A stretch of 63,000 nt of DNA, counting the filler, from Atractiella rhizophila (Eukaryota), in NCBI GenBank assembly GCA_021432655.1. It is 25 parts of 25 records of this genome, joined end to end, with 100 filler letters (N's around TTAATTAATTAA, not from the genome) between each part and the next. Parts side by side here need not be neighbours in the genome. Positions count along the whole stretch, not along the records: positions 35,673 to 38,093 come from MU272693.1; positions 38,194 to 40,608 come from MU272694.1; positions 40,709 to 43,123 come from MU272695.1; positions 43,224 to 45,637 come from MU272696.1; positions 45,738 to 48,138 come from MU272697.1; positions 48,239 to 50,630 come from MU272698.1; positions 50,731 to 53,114 come from MU272699.1; 18 more parts are not named here. The stretch is one strand, 5' to 3'. The translations under genes were made by a program, and so were the position numbers. Within the stretch, counting starts at the first letter, position 1, and every line of letters starts with the position of its first letter. Shown here in pieces: positions 37,511 to 51,298 of this stretch. Below the pieces are notes generated by a model, which worked only from the letters and a program-made list of their open reading frames with translations, did not search any database and was not told where the DNA came from.

Positions 37511-38193
37511 AGGCACCGACACTTGTCCGAGTTTCAATTTGACATCGACGAAAGAATGTCGAAAGTGCTCCCACCGCTGCCTTTCACTTGCAGAAACCTC
37601 GAGTTTCCTTCACGATTCCACCATCACTCGGCTCTGCACCTCATCCAGCAATTCTTTCTTTAGACAGTCCCCTATCAATCCAACTACCTTTGATGTGAAC
37701 AGGGCAGGAGAAATGGTCCCAAGCGAATGGGAGGGATGGTACGACGGAAGTTTGGGAGGTAGTGTTGTGGAATCCGCATTGAACAATCTGAGTCGGGGTA
37801 GGTGACGGTGTGTTTCCTCTCTTGAGAAGAAATTGAGACAAGTCGCACTTCATTGGACATCCCTGTAAACTTGAATGCTTTTGATGATATCTTGGGTCTA
37901 TTTATCAATGGCAGAGCACCGTCTTGGACATACTCCTACTCGCTATTAAATGGCTTAGACCAAAATTCAACACGGTGGCTTTGTCCCAACCCTGCAACGT
38001 CAGTGGGCATGTATGAGTTGGCTTTCCCTGCTCCCGGAGATTCCTTTCATATCTTGTTACATACGTTGTACAAATTTCTGCAATCTAATTTCTNNNNNNN
38101 NNNNNNNNNNNNNNNNNNNNNNNNNNNNNNNNNNNNNTTAATTAATTAANNNNNNNNNNNNNNNNNNNNNNNNNNNNNNNNNNNNNNNNNNNN

Positions 38194-41100
38194 CCTCATT
38201 TGCAAAAGAATACGAATTGTCACAGGCCCGTTCACGTCCTGAACACAACCACGCACCTCAATTGAAATTGTGGGATTGCGCCACGATTCCCATGGTATTA
38301 TTACCACACCCTCTCCCCATGTGGCGGGCACAATTAGAGATCAGACTGCAACGTTCACCTGCACTCGGCTGAAGCACTGTTTGAGGATGACCGTGATCAT
38401 GATCAGGTTGTCGTGGATATTCCCAAGTGGAGTACCCCCCATGGCATCATTTAAGGTTCCCATCATGTGACTTGGCGCAAGCCTGCGCAAGCGTAAAGCA
38501 GCACTGACCCACCACCTATCCCTCCCTCCACACTCCGTCTCCTTCTCACTCCCTTCAATTACGCCACGAACAGCTTTCGATGCTTCCTCCGACAACGGGA
38601 TCGCTTGAAAACCGCATAAAACGGACCTCACAATGGAAGCTAACTTCGACGACGAAATTCGTGAGAGAAACAGGTTTTAGGATGTCCTTGTCAGCTGGAA
38701 TAGGTTGTATCAAGGTGTGTTATCTCACATTCACAGAGAAAAGGATGTAATTTCATTTTGAATGGGGGAAAGTAGCTTTTTTGTTGAAACCAGAAAATAC
38801 TGCTAGAAAACGAAGGAACCGCTGTGGAATGGAAATCAGGTCATGAAAAGGTGTGTACTTGCGCTTATACTTACTCGAAACCGCTGAATTTGCGTAAAAG
38901 CTTTATTTCTCATCGAAATCACTTGGAACGACCAAAACGGCGACGACGAATGGACGTTCGGTTCAATCCAATAAGCGCTGCTTGGATCGAAGTAGATAGC
39001 ACAAGGTGTAGCTGTAAGCCATTTTACAGCTCGTTCTTAACTAAATCTGCATCGGGAACAGCATAACTTACCTTAGCAGCCCTTTCCGACGCCTCCACGA
39101 CGAGATTGTCCCTTCGCTCCCTCTTTCGCCTCAACTGTCGCGCTACCTTCGACTGCCTCCCGCTTTTCGCTCGCTTCGATCTCCCCCTCGAAGATGTGTG
39201 GACGAGTGGTTGATGTGTGACGAAACTCACCTGCAGAACAGTGCAAGGAGGAGTTGCCACGGATTTGGAGGACTTGGAGGACTGGATTGGAGGGATTCAT
39301 ATGTTCATAAAGTGTTCACAGATAAATGTGATAGTGGAAAACGATTTCTTTCATTTATTTTGACTTAAAAGTACAAAGCAACATGAGGAGGCAACTCATA
39401 GAGTGCAACGAAACTTTTCGACGACTGAGAAAATCCGCTTGGCCGCACTCGACTAGTGTTGGACACGGGGAAGAGACGTTAACGTGGTGAGAAACGAAGT
39501 GAACCTGTTCCGACAGTGGTTAGTACAGGAGAAAGGAACAGAGACGGAACTGGACATGCGAAAACATGGTACACACCTGTGACAATCTCGCCATACAGCA
39601 TATATTAGCACCTAGCATGGTGCAATCGTTCTGTTAGATGTCGGCGGTGTTAAATCGAGCAGGGATTTTCCACGAACGCTGGAAAGATGAAGGAAAGGGG
39701 ACGGGAGGAAAGTGGTGCTATCATTCACAAAAGCCTTTTTTCCACTCAACCCGTGCCCAAATGAGTAAAAAAGTGGACAAACCGTCTCCTCCTTGCCGAT
39801 AAAGACTGAAAGTATTCATACGCGCCACCTAAGTACTCCGGATGCCACGCACAAAGCCGCGATTCGTCATTTGGTGGGAAACTGAAAGGTGGTTGCAGCA
39901 GGTTGGGGGCGTTCGAAATGGAGATTCGGCGTGAGGCATCATTTGGGGGGGTCGTACTAGAGCTGGGAATGATGCTACAAGCATCTTCAGCATGAAAATG
40001 AGGCGAGGGGAGCGGGACTGACCTGATTTTGGCGGTGATGACGGTGGGGAGGTGCCACTTCGCAAATTTTGGGTGGAATGAAGCCCTGTGACGCGGGCGA
40101 CGTTGGAATGAGTCTACGAGGGGAACTGGAGAGCGGTGGGGTGTTTATCGGGGTCGGGAATAGGTCAAAGTTGTTGTTTCTGCAGTCATGATCAGCTCAG
40201 AAAAAGAGACACCAAAAAAGGTCTAAGAAATGGAGAACTCACCATGCAGGACTCTCCCAAGCCTCTCGTACCATTGACGGCTCTCATTCATCGTCCAGAT
40301 CATCGTTGGCGACTGTTGAAGAGTTCCACTGGTCAGTGGTGGACGCAGGTTGCGCATTGCGCACAATGCGCCCTGCGACCATGGCATCATCTGGGGGGGT
40401 CGTACTAGGTAAGTGGTTGAATTCGTCCTTTACTCAGCACGTGCTTCAGTTGGGTGGGTGAGTTCTCTTGGTCTCGACCTACTTGTTTACAGACTTGTTC
40501 AAGAAGAGGTGTTCGAGGTGAATCTTCCATTCGAGAGACCGTATACTAGTACGAGACAACGTTGGAACAAGCGGTGCCACGAGGGTGGCACCAGCACTAG
40601 ACTGCTTCNNNNNNNNNNNNNNNNNNNNNNNNNNNNNNNNNNNNNNNNNNNNTTAATTAATTAANNNNNNNNNNNNNNNNNNNNNNNNNNNNNNNNNNNN
40701 NNNNNNNNGAAGCAGTCTAGTGCTGGTGCCACCCTCGTGGCACCGCTTGTTCCAACGTTGTCTCGTACTAGTATACGGTCTCTCGAATGGAAGATTCACC
40801 TCGAACACCTCTTCTTGAACAAGTCTGTAAACAAGTAGGTCGAGACCAAGAGAACTCACCCACCCAACTGAAGCACGTGCTGAGTAAAGGACGAATTCAA
40901 CCACTTACCTAGTACGACCCCCCCAGATGATGCCATGGTCGCAGGGCGCATTGTGCGCAATGCGCAACCTGCGTCCACCACTGACCAGTGGAACTCTTCA
41001 ACAGTCGCCAACGATGATCTGGACGATGAATGAGAGCCGTCAATGGTACGAGAGGCTTGGGAGAGTCCTGCATGGTGAGTTCTCCATTTCTTAGACCTTT

Positions 41101-43123
41101 TTTGGTGTCTCTTTTTCTGAGCTGATCATGACTGCAGAAACAACAACTTTGACCTATTCCCGACCCCGATAAACACCCCACCGCTCTCCAGTTCCCCTCG
41201 TAGACTCATTCCAACGTCGCCCGCGTCACAGGGCTTCATTCCACCCAAAATTTGCGAAGTGGCACCTCCCCACCGTCATCACCGCCAAAATCAGGTCAGT
41301 CCCGCTCCCCTCGCCTCATTTTCATGCTGAAGATGCTCGTAGCATCATTCCCAGCTCTAGTACGACCCCCCCAAATGATGCCTCACGCCGAATCTCCATT
41401 TCGAACGCCCCCAACCTGCTGCAACCACCTTTCAGTTTCCCACCAAATGACGAATCGCGGCTTTGTGCGTGGCATCCGGAGTACTTAGGTGGCGCGTATG
41501 AATACTTTCAGTCTTTATCGGCAAGGAGGAGACGGTTTGTCCACTTTTTTACTCATTTGGGCACGGGTTGAGTGGAAAAAAGGCTTTTGTGAATGATAGC
41601 ACCACTTTCCTCCCGTCCCCTTTCCTTCATCTTTCCAGCGTTCGTGGAAAATCCCTGCTCGATTTAACACCGCCGACATCTAACAGAACGATTGCACCAT
41701 GCTAGGTGCTAATATATGCTGTATGGCGAGATTGTCACAGGTGTGTACCATGTTTTCGCATGTCCAGTTCCGTCTCTGTTCCTTTCTCCTGTACTAACCA
41801 CTGTCGGAACAGGTTCACTTCGTTTCTCACCACGTTAACGTCTCTTCCCCGTGTCCAACACTAGTCGAGTGCGGCCAAGCGGATTTTCTCAGTCGTCGAA
41901 AAGTTTCGTTGCACTCTATGAGTTGCCTCCTCATGTTGCTTTGTACTTTTAAGTCAAAATAAATGAAAGAAATCGTTTTCCACTATCACATTTATCTGTG
42001 AACACTTTATGAACATATGAATCCCTCCAATCCAGTCCTCCAAGTCCTCCAAATCCGTGGCAACTCCTCCTTGCACTGTTCTGCAGGTGAGTTTCGTCAC
42101 ACATCAACCACTCGTCCACACATCTTCGAGGGGGAGATCGAAGCGAGCGAAAAGCGGGAGGCAGTCGAAGGTAGCGCGACAGTTGAGGCGAAAGAGGGAG
42201 CGAAGGGACAATCTCGTCGTGGAGGCGTCGGAAAGGGCTGCTAAGGTAAGTTATGCTGTTCCCGATGCAGATTTAGTTAAGAACGAGCTGTAAAATGGCT
42301 TACAGCTACACCTTGTGCTATCTACTTCGATCCAAGCAGCGCTTATTGGATTGAACCGAACGTCCATTCGTCGTCGCCGTTTTGGTCGTTCCAAGTGATT
42401 TCGATGAGAAATAAAGCTTTTACGCAAATTCAGCGGTTTCGAGTAAGTATAAGCGCAAGTACACACCTTTTCATGACCTGATTTCCATTCCACAGCGGTT
42501 CCTTCGTTTTCTAGCAGTATTTTCTGGTTTCAACAAAAAAGCTACTTTCCCCCATTCAAAATGAAATTACATCCTTTTCTCTGTGAATGTGAGATAACAC
42601 ACCTTGATACAACCTATTCCAGCTGACAAGGACATCCTAAAACCTGTTTCTCTCACGAATTTCGTCGTCGAAGTTAGCTTCCATTGTGAGGTCCGTTTTA
42701 TGCGGTTTTCAAGCGATCCCGTTGTCGGAGGAAGCATCGAAAGCTGTTCGTGGCGTAATTGAAGGGAGTGAGAAGGAGACGGAGTGTGGAGGGAGGGATA
42801 GGTGGTGGGTCAGTGCTGCTTTACGCTTGCGCAGGCTTGCGCCAAGTCACATGATGGGAACCTTAAATGATGCCATGGGGGGTACTCCACTTGGGAATAT
42901 CCACGACAACCTGATCATGATCACGGTCATCCTCAAACAGTGCTTCAGCCGAGTGCAGGTGAACGTTGCAGTCTGATCTCTAATTGTGCCCGCCACATGG
43001 GGAGAGGGTGTGGTAATAATACCATGGGAATCGTGGCGCAATCCCACAATTTCAATTGAGGTGCGTGGTTGTGTTCAGGACGTGAACGGGCCTGTGACAA
43101 TTCGTATTCTTTTGCAAATGAGG
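38194..43123. repeat. Two contigs (38194-40608 and 40709-43123) that are reverse complements of each other
   Basis: Mirrored ORF track and equal length (2415 nt). One difference seen: 39979 A versus 41338 C (G on the reverse strand). Confidence 0.97.
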
Positions 43124-43223
43124 NNNNNNNNNNNNNNNNNNNNNNNNNNNNNNNNNNNNNNNNNNNNTTAATTAATTAANNNNNNNNNNNNNNNNNNNNN
43201 NNNNNNNNNNNNNNNNNNNNNNN

Positions 43224-44350
43224 CTTCCTTCTCATATAAGTCACTCGATGGTTCAACTTTTGATGACCTCTCAGTCTGTTTTTGCCCTGATTACTGGCCG
43301 GATTGGACTCAGAAAACCGATCGATTATGGAGAAGACCTCAAAACGTACGTTCCATCACGTCAAAACGAGACGCCGTTTTCTGACGTGCCTGCATTTCTC
43401 TCGTTTAGAATTCCGTGTGTTGTGGCCATGTCTACTCTCTTTGCGAACTCATGTTGAATATAGCATTCCATGGCTTGTCGGAGACGCCTTTGTCGATATC
43501 GTTTTGTCACTGTGTGTTTCTCTCTTATGTGACACTGTTACAGCTGAGTGTATTGTCGCAGCATTCTAGTAATTTATCTTCGATCCCAACGCTCGGATTT
43601 CCAGGATACCAATGCTCTCATCAATAAATGGATTTTTATCAGGTCAGTATTGTTTTTCCCTGCCTTAGCTCGTCTGTTCTGATTTCAATCATTTTCAGTC
43701 TGGAATCCGGAGTAAGTAACTTTTCGTGCAATGTCAGCAACAGGTGACCCAGCTCTTCGTCAGGTTCTCTCAGCAGCCTGCGCTTTGGCTGGTATGTACT
43801 CCAATGGTTACTCCAGGTTGACTGACCAATTGCCTAGACCTTCTCCTCGCTGTCATTTTCCCCAGCGAGCCATACCATTTCGCTGTAAACTTCGTGCTCA
43901 GTAGTACGTCTTTCCGTTGAATGGAGAACCGCAGGCAATTGATAATGGCTCGTTGCAGAGGTGTACATCAACTCTGTAAGGGAACTAGCCGCTTCGCTCG
44001 CTGCGTACTCAAATGGTCCTGCAGGTTCTAGTCCTATTCCATACGGTTACACGCAATCGTATCAAGAGGGGCGGCACTTCGTCCGTCAGCAACTCGAATC
44101 CACGATACATCGGCTCTATGAAGCACACTGGAGTTGGAGTAAGCGAAGCTATCGGTTATCAGTTATAAACTAACTGCCATTGTAGGTCACAACTGAAGTC
44201 GAGACGACGCAGGACGCCGTGCCTCCAGCTCAGGTCGTCAGCTTCAAAGGTCGTCCACACTACCGTTCACGCGACCAACTCGATGATGAGGAGATGGGAT
44301 ACCCCGAGAAGGCGGATCTTACTGTCCAGATTGAACATCAAGCCCATTGA
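43224..44350 (+). CDS. Second DUF6534-like multi-exon membrane protein, 3' part
   Basis: IPWLVGDAFVDIVLSL, YLRSQRSDFQDTNALINKWIFIS, PYHFAVNFVLS and VYINS across short introns. Confidence 0.7.
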
Positions 44351-45885
44351 CCTCCAACATTCGTTTGCGTCTGGTATCGTTTGCACTTTTGGGTCTCAGT
44401 GATTTTCGTAGTTTTCGCTTTGTACCTTAAAACCTCTCATGAAGGAGAGCATTACGTGGCGCTGTCCGTCACCACATTTCAATGAATAACTATATCCTTC
44501 CCTGGATCAGCTTAAGCAGCTTGAGCGCTTGAGCTAGCTGGAGATTTTGTGCGGCCTGACACGGCACCAGCGGCGGGTATTGGTCGGACTTCGGCAGATG
44601 GCGAGCCTCGAATGTCTAAATTCCTTTGGCTAACGAATCTCTTCTGTTGAGATCTTGGTTGAGATCCTTCGTTTCCATTCCTTCTTTTTCGTGTCTCGGA
44701 CGGCGTATGGGCTAATAGCGTCCAGGCAACAGGAAGCTTCAGCCACGCTGACCTTCAGCGGACTCGGCAAGCTCTCGCTAAAGACTCGCTTCAGCTTCTT
44801 CACCATGGCTTGAATATTCAGCCAGAGCTGCAGAGCTTTCTCTTCCCTGTGGCTCTTCTGCGGAGTGTTGGATTCTGATTGTCAGGTCGTCGTGAGGACT
44901 TCTAGCTTCCAGCTCTCGTTCGGAGTCTCCAAGCGGGGATGGCTTGAAGCCCGTTGAAGTGACTCTTCTGTTCGCCACTAAACTCGCACATCCTCGCGAA
45001 AATGCCGTTGTGCTTCGCGATCTTCTAAGCTTTTGAATGGGATCGACAATTGCCTCAGCTTTCAAATTCTGTCCTTGAAATGATGGTGATCTATTGAATA
45101 TTAGATTGAGACTCCAGTTCTTTTCGTGATGTCTTCCGAGCACGTCCGGCGTCCTAGTCGTTACTGTTGCCTGTTACAGTTGCTGCTGCGATTCGATGTC
45201 TCATAAAAGGGATATCATCCTCCCTTTTGGTTACCGTCCAGGCTGTCCTCTGCGCCAAAACGTTCTGTATAGTGGTCATTAAAGCTCTCGATCAGTACAA
45301 TGGCTGACCCTACTGCTGGTAGCACTGTTATCCGTGCGTTTCTGCCTTTGCCAACCATATACATTGCTTGGCTGAACGAAACCAACTTGAACGTAGCCGA
45401 ATACATTCCATACACCAATCCTTTAGTGACTGATTCTGTGCGCTGGTGACAACTTCTCTATGATAAACCTCACGCGAAGGATAGATTTTGCCACTACTAA
45501 TCGGCATCTATATATCTTTCACGCTCTTCGTAAGCTGCTTGTTGCGAATGGAATTCCTAGTTGCCAATATTCTTGAGTAGGGGGTGAACCTCATCCAGTT
45601 CTTCCACATTGGTCGAATCTTGCGGCAGGTGCGTTTCNNNNNNNNNNNNNNNNNNNNNNNNNNNNNNNNNNNNNNNNNNNNTTAATTAATTAANNNNNNN
45701 NNNNNNNNNNNNNNNNNNNNNNNNNNNNNNNNNNNNNTCATCCAAAGGTTCTAGTTCTGAATCATGGGATAGATCAGGTGATGAGTTGTTGACGACGAAG
45801 GAACACGAATATCCTGACAAATATCGATAGGGAAGAAGTGAGAAGAGGTTCGATCCGGAAATTAGAATACCTTGCAGAATACCAC

Positions 45886-46673
45886 ATGCTTACGATGGAG
45901 GACTACTCCCAATCTACTGACCACTCCTTTTGCGCGTATTGCTTCAGGAGCGGCCCACAAAACTTGCAGCGCTGCTCCCGTTGCAAGTCTGTCTTCTACG
46001 TCTGTCTTCAACTTCTTTACACGCCGGCCAGAAATTGGGACTGATGAAATTAACGTAGTGCAGCCCCGGAACATGCCAGTCTAAGAACTGGGGATGGCAT
46101 AAACCACATTGTACCTTAACCGCTAGCACAACCTCGTCCCTCTCTTCCTCCTCCTCCCCTCGTCGAGCGCGTCTCCAACGCTTTCTCTCCTGGTCTCGCT
46201 CGCCAACTGTTTCAGAAGCACTCATGGACGCTGGTCTAGCAGCTTCCCTTCACATGGATCCACGTCCAAAATTCCAAAACGACGCAATAACGGTCATTGT
46301 CAAAGAGACCTCATCTCCGTCCACAACCGATTCCGGCACTTATAGCGTCCTTTCCACCTCCCTTCTTCCCTTCAACCGCGTTGCAAAGTCTCTCTCAAAC
46401 GGTAAAGGGGAGAAAGAGGCAGAAGTCACGTCTGTACTGAAGAATATCGTGGCGAGGGACATGGAGCTAGGTGCGAAGAACGAATGGTTTGTTACGGTCA
46501 TGATCCTCGTCAATGAACAGAAGAAGATTGTTGGAGGAAATATTGCGCCGATGTGTAAACCAAAGGGCAAGGAGTGGATTAAGGACCTCACATTGATGGA
46601 TAGGGAGCGACTGACAAAGAATTGGAAGGATGCTTTGAAGACAGCTTTGGAGCAAGCAGTGAGAAATGTCTGA
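45886..46673 (+). CDS. MYND zinc-finger protein
   Basis: Spliced CAYC..LQRCSRCKSVFY|CSPGTCQSKNWGWHKPHC, then open to the stop at 46673. The true start may lie upstream. Confidence 0.85.
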
Positions 46674-47888
46674 TGGACTCGCCGATCAGATGATCCCCTC
46701 CTTCGCCTGGCATTCCTGTACTTTGCATCCCTGAAATGTGTAATGTTACTGATTTAAGCAGTGGTGCAACTTCTTTGAGATCCACATCACAAAGAGGTGA
46801 AAATCATATTGAATCATAAAGATGCCATGAATTGCATGCGTGTTGTCTCATGGGTGAGTCGCGCTTCATCCCACCTCACTATCCTCTCAATCCCGTTCAA
46901 ACGGACATCGTCGAAGATCGAAAGTTGGTTCACGCCTACCGTTCCTATCAGCGAGAAACCAAAATGATTTAAGAAGGGACAAGTACGATAAGTCGGAGAC
47001 GATTTATCGGTTGGCGAAGTATTCGAGGAGGACGTTAAGCGCCTCGGATTCTTGTCCGTAGTCCTTAACGACAACGCAGGAGCACCCAACGACCTTTCGC
47101 GCCTGTCCCTCCCTATCGATCTTGCACAGTCCAGCCCACTGTCCGAGAACTGCAAACTCGTGAGCGCGAGTTCAGCGGCCAAATAAATCAAAATACCTTT
47201 GGGATCCGAGACCTAGAACCAAAACTCATGAGCACAGACTAGCACAAAGGAAGGTAGAGCCAACCTTGATGAGATGGATCTTGTGCTCCGTGCAGAGAGC
47301 CTCGATCAGCTTGATGTATTCTGCCTCGGTACAGCTCTCATTGAGAACGCAAAGATGCGCTTGACGCTTGTCTAGCGCCTTTGCGCACTCCCTCAATCCA
47401 CGCGCAAGACCATCGTGATACTGCCTATATTCTCAGCTGCTGTCAGGTTTCGAGAAATGGCAAGTGCGCACAAGAGCCTTCTTCAGAACCTCCTGAACAG
47501 CCTGATTCACCGTCCTATATGACAACCCAATCGGTACCACTGAACGCGATGAAAGAACGAACTCACATTTTGCCCTTAGGCGCATCAGCCTTCTCCTCTG
47601 TAACCTCAACCTCCATGGGCGTATCCTCTCCAGCGTCAGACATTCTTGATATACTATAAAGGACGCTTTCCTAAAGGACTGCCGTAGTCTGCACAACAGG
47701 TTCAATTGATTATTCGCTGCGCCTGAGAAATTGGCATACCTTTTGATCGTTTGTCTTCTAACAAAAATTGGAAAATAGAGGCGCCACACTTGTGATAGGA
47801 ACGCCGGAGCAATCATTTGGAATTGATAAACCTTATTGCCACACCTCCGGTTGGTTCACATTTATCATTAATCAAAGCTCAAAACACG

Positions 47889-48138
47889 ATGTCTTCTGAG
47901 AAATTTAACGCGAATCCCACCGTATTAGTTACTGCATCACGCTCTACGCCTCTCTTACCATCTTTTCTGCTCGATACCGCGGCAACCGCTGATGAAGTGG
48001 ACGAGTGTGAGATCGACGAAGAGGAGGTATTTGGTAAATCGTTCATGATCTTATTACTAAAAAGCAAACCTTGACATGTGCCTGGGAAAAGACCTGATAC
48101 GTTCTATAACGGACCCCGAGCATCCTAAGACTCTAGAG
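47889..48138 (+). CDS. CIA2: Cytosolic Fe-S assembly component CIA2/FAM96B (MIP18 family), 5' part
   Basis: NANPTV..EIDEEEVF|DLIRSITDPEHPKTLE. Confidence 0.88.
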
Positions 48139-48238
48139 NNNNNNNNNNNNNNNNNNNNNNNNNNNNNNNNNNNNNNNNNNNNTTAATTAATTAANNNNNN
48201 NNNNNNNNNNNNNNNNNNNNNNNNNNNNNNNNNNNNNN

Positions 48239-48518
48239 TTGCCATCAACTTGGAAGGTTCAAATGGGAACAGCCAGAAACGAACCTGATCACCCTTCTTG
48301 AAATCTGTCACTCCCTCTCCTACCTCTTCAACGTAGCCAGCCACATCACTACCCTCTACGGCCGTCCAGGTCTTCACCCAAGCAGGGTACTTCCAGTCCT
48401 TGGGATTCGAAGCTACGGCTACGTTCTTGACGAGAACTTGACCTTTTTCGGGGGCATATTTTGGAACTGATTTCACCTCCGTTGTGTCCCCAGTGAAAAA
48501 GACTCCAAGTTGAGACAT
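48239..48518 (-). CDS. GroES-like MDR oxidoreductase (enoyl-reductase-like), first exon
   Basis: QVLVKNVAVASNPKDWK..VEGSDVAGYVEEVGEGVTDFKKGD. Confidence 0.85.
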
Positions 48519-49869
48519 CCTGAGCTTTAATGGCTGATTCGAAACAAAATTTCCCGAACTGCAAGTCGTCCCTTTAATTGAATTGTGTAGGCCAATCTTG
48601 AAGGGGTCTCCCTTTTAAGACGCGGGAGACGAATCTCTTCCATCAGCACGCACAAGGCTGACAGCGATGGCTTTGTTCCTTCAAGAAATGATGGTGGGCT
48701 GACTGATTGGAGCTATCATCGGTTCCTACCGGTTCCTGAACCACACCAGCGTCGCCTTTTGGAGTTCTCTGTCGACCACACGCAGATTGGACGTCGGTTA
48801 CTGTCTCACCACGTTTCTGACAGTCAGCTACCGCCTTCCCAATGCTGCAGCAGCTAGAAGTCGGGAGAGAGGTCTCGGCCAGACATCGGGACGGACTAGG
48901 CGAGCGAGAGAACGAGCGACCGAACGAGATGACTACCCGCCGCTTCTGTCACTCGGATTCTTGATGTCATTGATGAATTATGCTTCCACTTTGCGAGGAT
49001 GACAAGATAGCAGGATCGCACATTTCTCACGCCGAAATGGCCATGACTGATTACTGGTTCCGAGGCGACTGGCTCCACATCCTCCGACAATCGAAGTGGA
49101 GGTAGAACTTGAAGGATGGGCCAATTCCTGTGTTCAGTAGAGGACGCAGTTTTAGCCGTTAACCGAAACATTCTGCAACGAATGAAGAATGGAAGAATGC
49201 ACACTCAGCAACTACAAAGACCAAGTTTACCTCAGAAACAGTTGGTAACAGCCTTCAAGAACATTAAATCATTGATGCAAGCATTTTGAAACATATCAAG
49301 CACAGCACACACTTTTGTATTTGTGAGCATAGAAGGAACCTTCAAGTTGAAGGATGTCAATCCAAATTATGTGACACTTCTAAGCTCTCAATCGCAGCGC
49401 TCTCAGCCTTCGACTAACGCAATTGCAGCTCATTCCCCCACATTTCTTGCTGTCAAATCAACTTGGTCAAGTTCCTCGCCAACCAATCTCTAACAGATCA
49501 AGAAGCCTTTGGGAGAGTTACAGGCCGCACCTACCGAAACACTTAAGGTGATAGTTGAAGGGTAAATTTCTCTCGACGAAGAAATAGTATGTAGTCTTGC
49601 ACGCTCATAGGCTTCGGTCAACGGCTTTCTTGAGTCCAAGAGACATCCAACTTGTAGATTAATCTATCAATTCAGTTTTAACTGAATCCAAGAAGCTCTC
49701 TGGTTGTCCGCCTCTGAAACGATCGAAAGCAGCAAGCGCTCACTTTATTTGCTGAGACCACTCAAACCTCCCTAGACCCACTCGATGCAATGCTCCATAC
49801 TCAAAATCTACCATCCTTCTCAATCAATCAATATAACAATACAATGCCGAAATCGCGCAGGAAGGCGCA

Positions 49870-50320
49870 TGAGCGCGCGAGATAGCGAGAGGGTTGTTCG
49901 GCTCTCGATCGCACGTGAGCTGGACAAGCAACAGCAACGACCAGACGCACGACATACTCCGACTTTCCTCCAACCAGCCCCAAAACCACCTTCTTTTTAC
50001 CGGCCACTCAACATCCAATTGCGACGAATAATATTAATACCACAGAACACGAAAGCACCATGGATTTGCTCTCCCTCCCGCCGTCCCAGCTCCGCTCCTA
50101 TGTCCTCGCTCACGGCATTCCCGATTCTCATGCGCATGCTGGAGGAAGCTCTGTCAGGGGAGGGTTGTGGAGGAGGTGGTTGAGTGTGCATTCGAAGAAA
50201 GCTAAAGAGGCAGAGGAGGGCAGCGAGAAGGGGAGAGAGCAGTATTATGCCCTTCTGGAAGGCGTTCTGGGGAGGTTGAGCGTGGAACAGGGACACGAAA
50301 GGGAGGAAGGCGAAGGAGAG
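49870..50320 (+). CDS. Possible TBC (Rab-GAP) domain protein, N-terminal part
   Basis: LRSYVLAHGIPD..VRGGLWRRWL resembles TBC motif A; a frame change lies upstream. Confidence 0.3.
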
Positions 50321-51298
50321 GTATGTATCTTGTTATCTAAGGAAAGTGAGGCCAAGCGAGCTGTAGCTTATTCAAAGGAATTGGCTTGCTTGTTTGTTTG
50401 TTGACAAGTCGCTACTACTGATCCATTCTGTGCGATCAATAGCGTTTACATCCGGACTTGCTCCAACACACTTTGTTTGGTGTTATAAAGCTCCAGCTCA
50501 TTTGATAGTGAAGGAACCGCGAATGGGTGCAGCTATCAAATTGGCAGCTCCAAGTTGACAGTCTTTCTGCTCGGCCCTGCCGACAATCCTGTGCAGATGC
50601 ACGCCAGGCTCTGAACTCAAACCTCATGTTNNNNNNNNNNNNNNNNNNNNNNNNNNNNNNNNNNNNNNNNNNNNTTAATTAATTAANNNNNNNNNNNNNN
50701 NNNNNNNNNNNNNNNNNNNNNNNNNNNNNNAGGGAAGAAGAACACTGTGTTTCTTCATATCCCTCCATTAACAGAAAATGAGATAGGAGGAGCTGTCGCC
50801 GTTGTAGAGGCTTTGATCAAGTCGTTAGTAGAGAGCATGGTATGAATAGATTTCATTCGCTATTACAGCAGCAATAGCACAAGTCCCTACAAGAACTTAA
50901 CAAAAATATTGATATATTCCAATACAAAGCCAGGGTCTGACTGTGCAACGCAGAATCTGGCTGCCTACAAATGTTGATCTAAGGAATATTTAGAGCTTCG
51001 ACTGAATACACATACAACCACCCCAAAAAGTTACCTCCCACTTCAATGGTCAAGACTCAACAAAGCGCGGCAGAAGCCACATTTACGTTTTTTGACACGT
51101 TCCTTTGACAAAGAGGCTCTGACTCCACAAAACGAGAGAAGTGAGATAGTAAGCAGCAAGACGCACAATCACCTCATTCACAGCAAAATGGACATTCCGC
51201 TTCTAACATCCATGCTTTGTTTTCAGCCTGCAGGTGTGAGGCGAAGAACAAGAACAGGATGCCGCAGACCATGACTCAAATTTTCGCAAGTTACAACG

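Noticed and set aside
38194..43123. 4.9-kb perfect palindrome as a biological hairpin or inverted duplication
   Set aside because: Its centre is the artificial linker; the arms are two equal-length contigs placed together by size sorting.
15385..48518. Metabolic gene cluster (alcohol oxidase, P450, enoyl reductase, with the ABC transporter and Zn2Cys6 factor)
   Set aside because: Each gene is on a different, unlinked contig.
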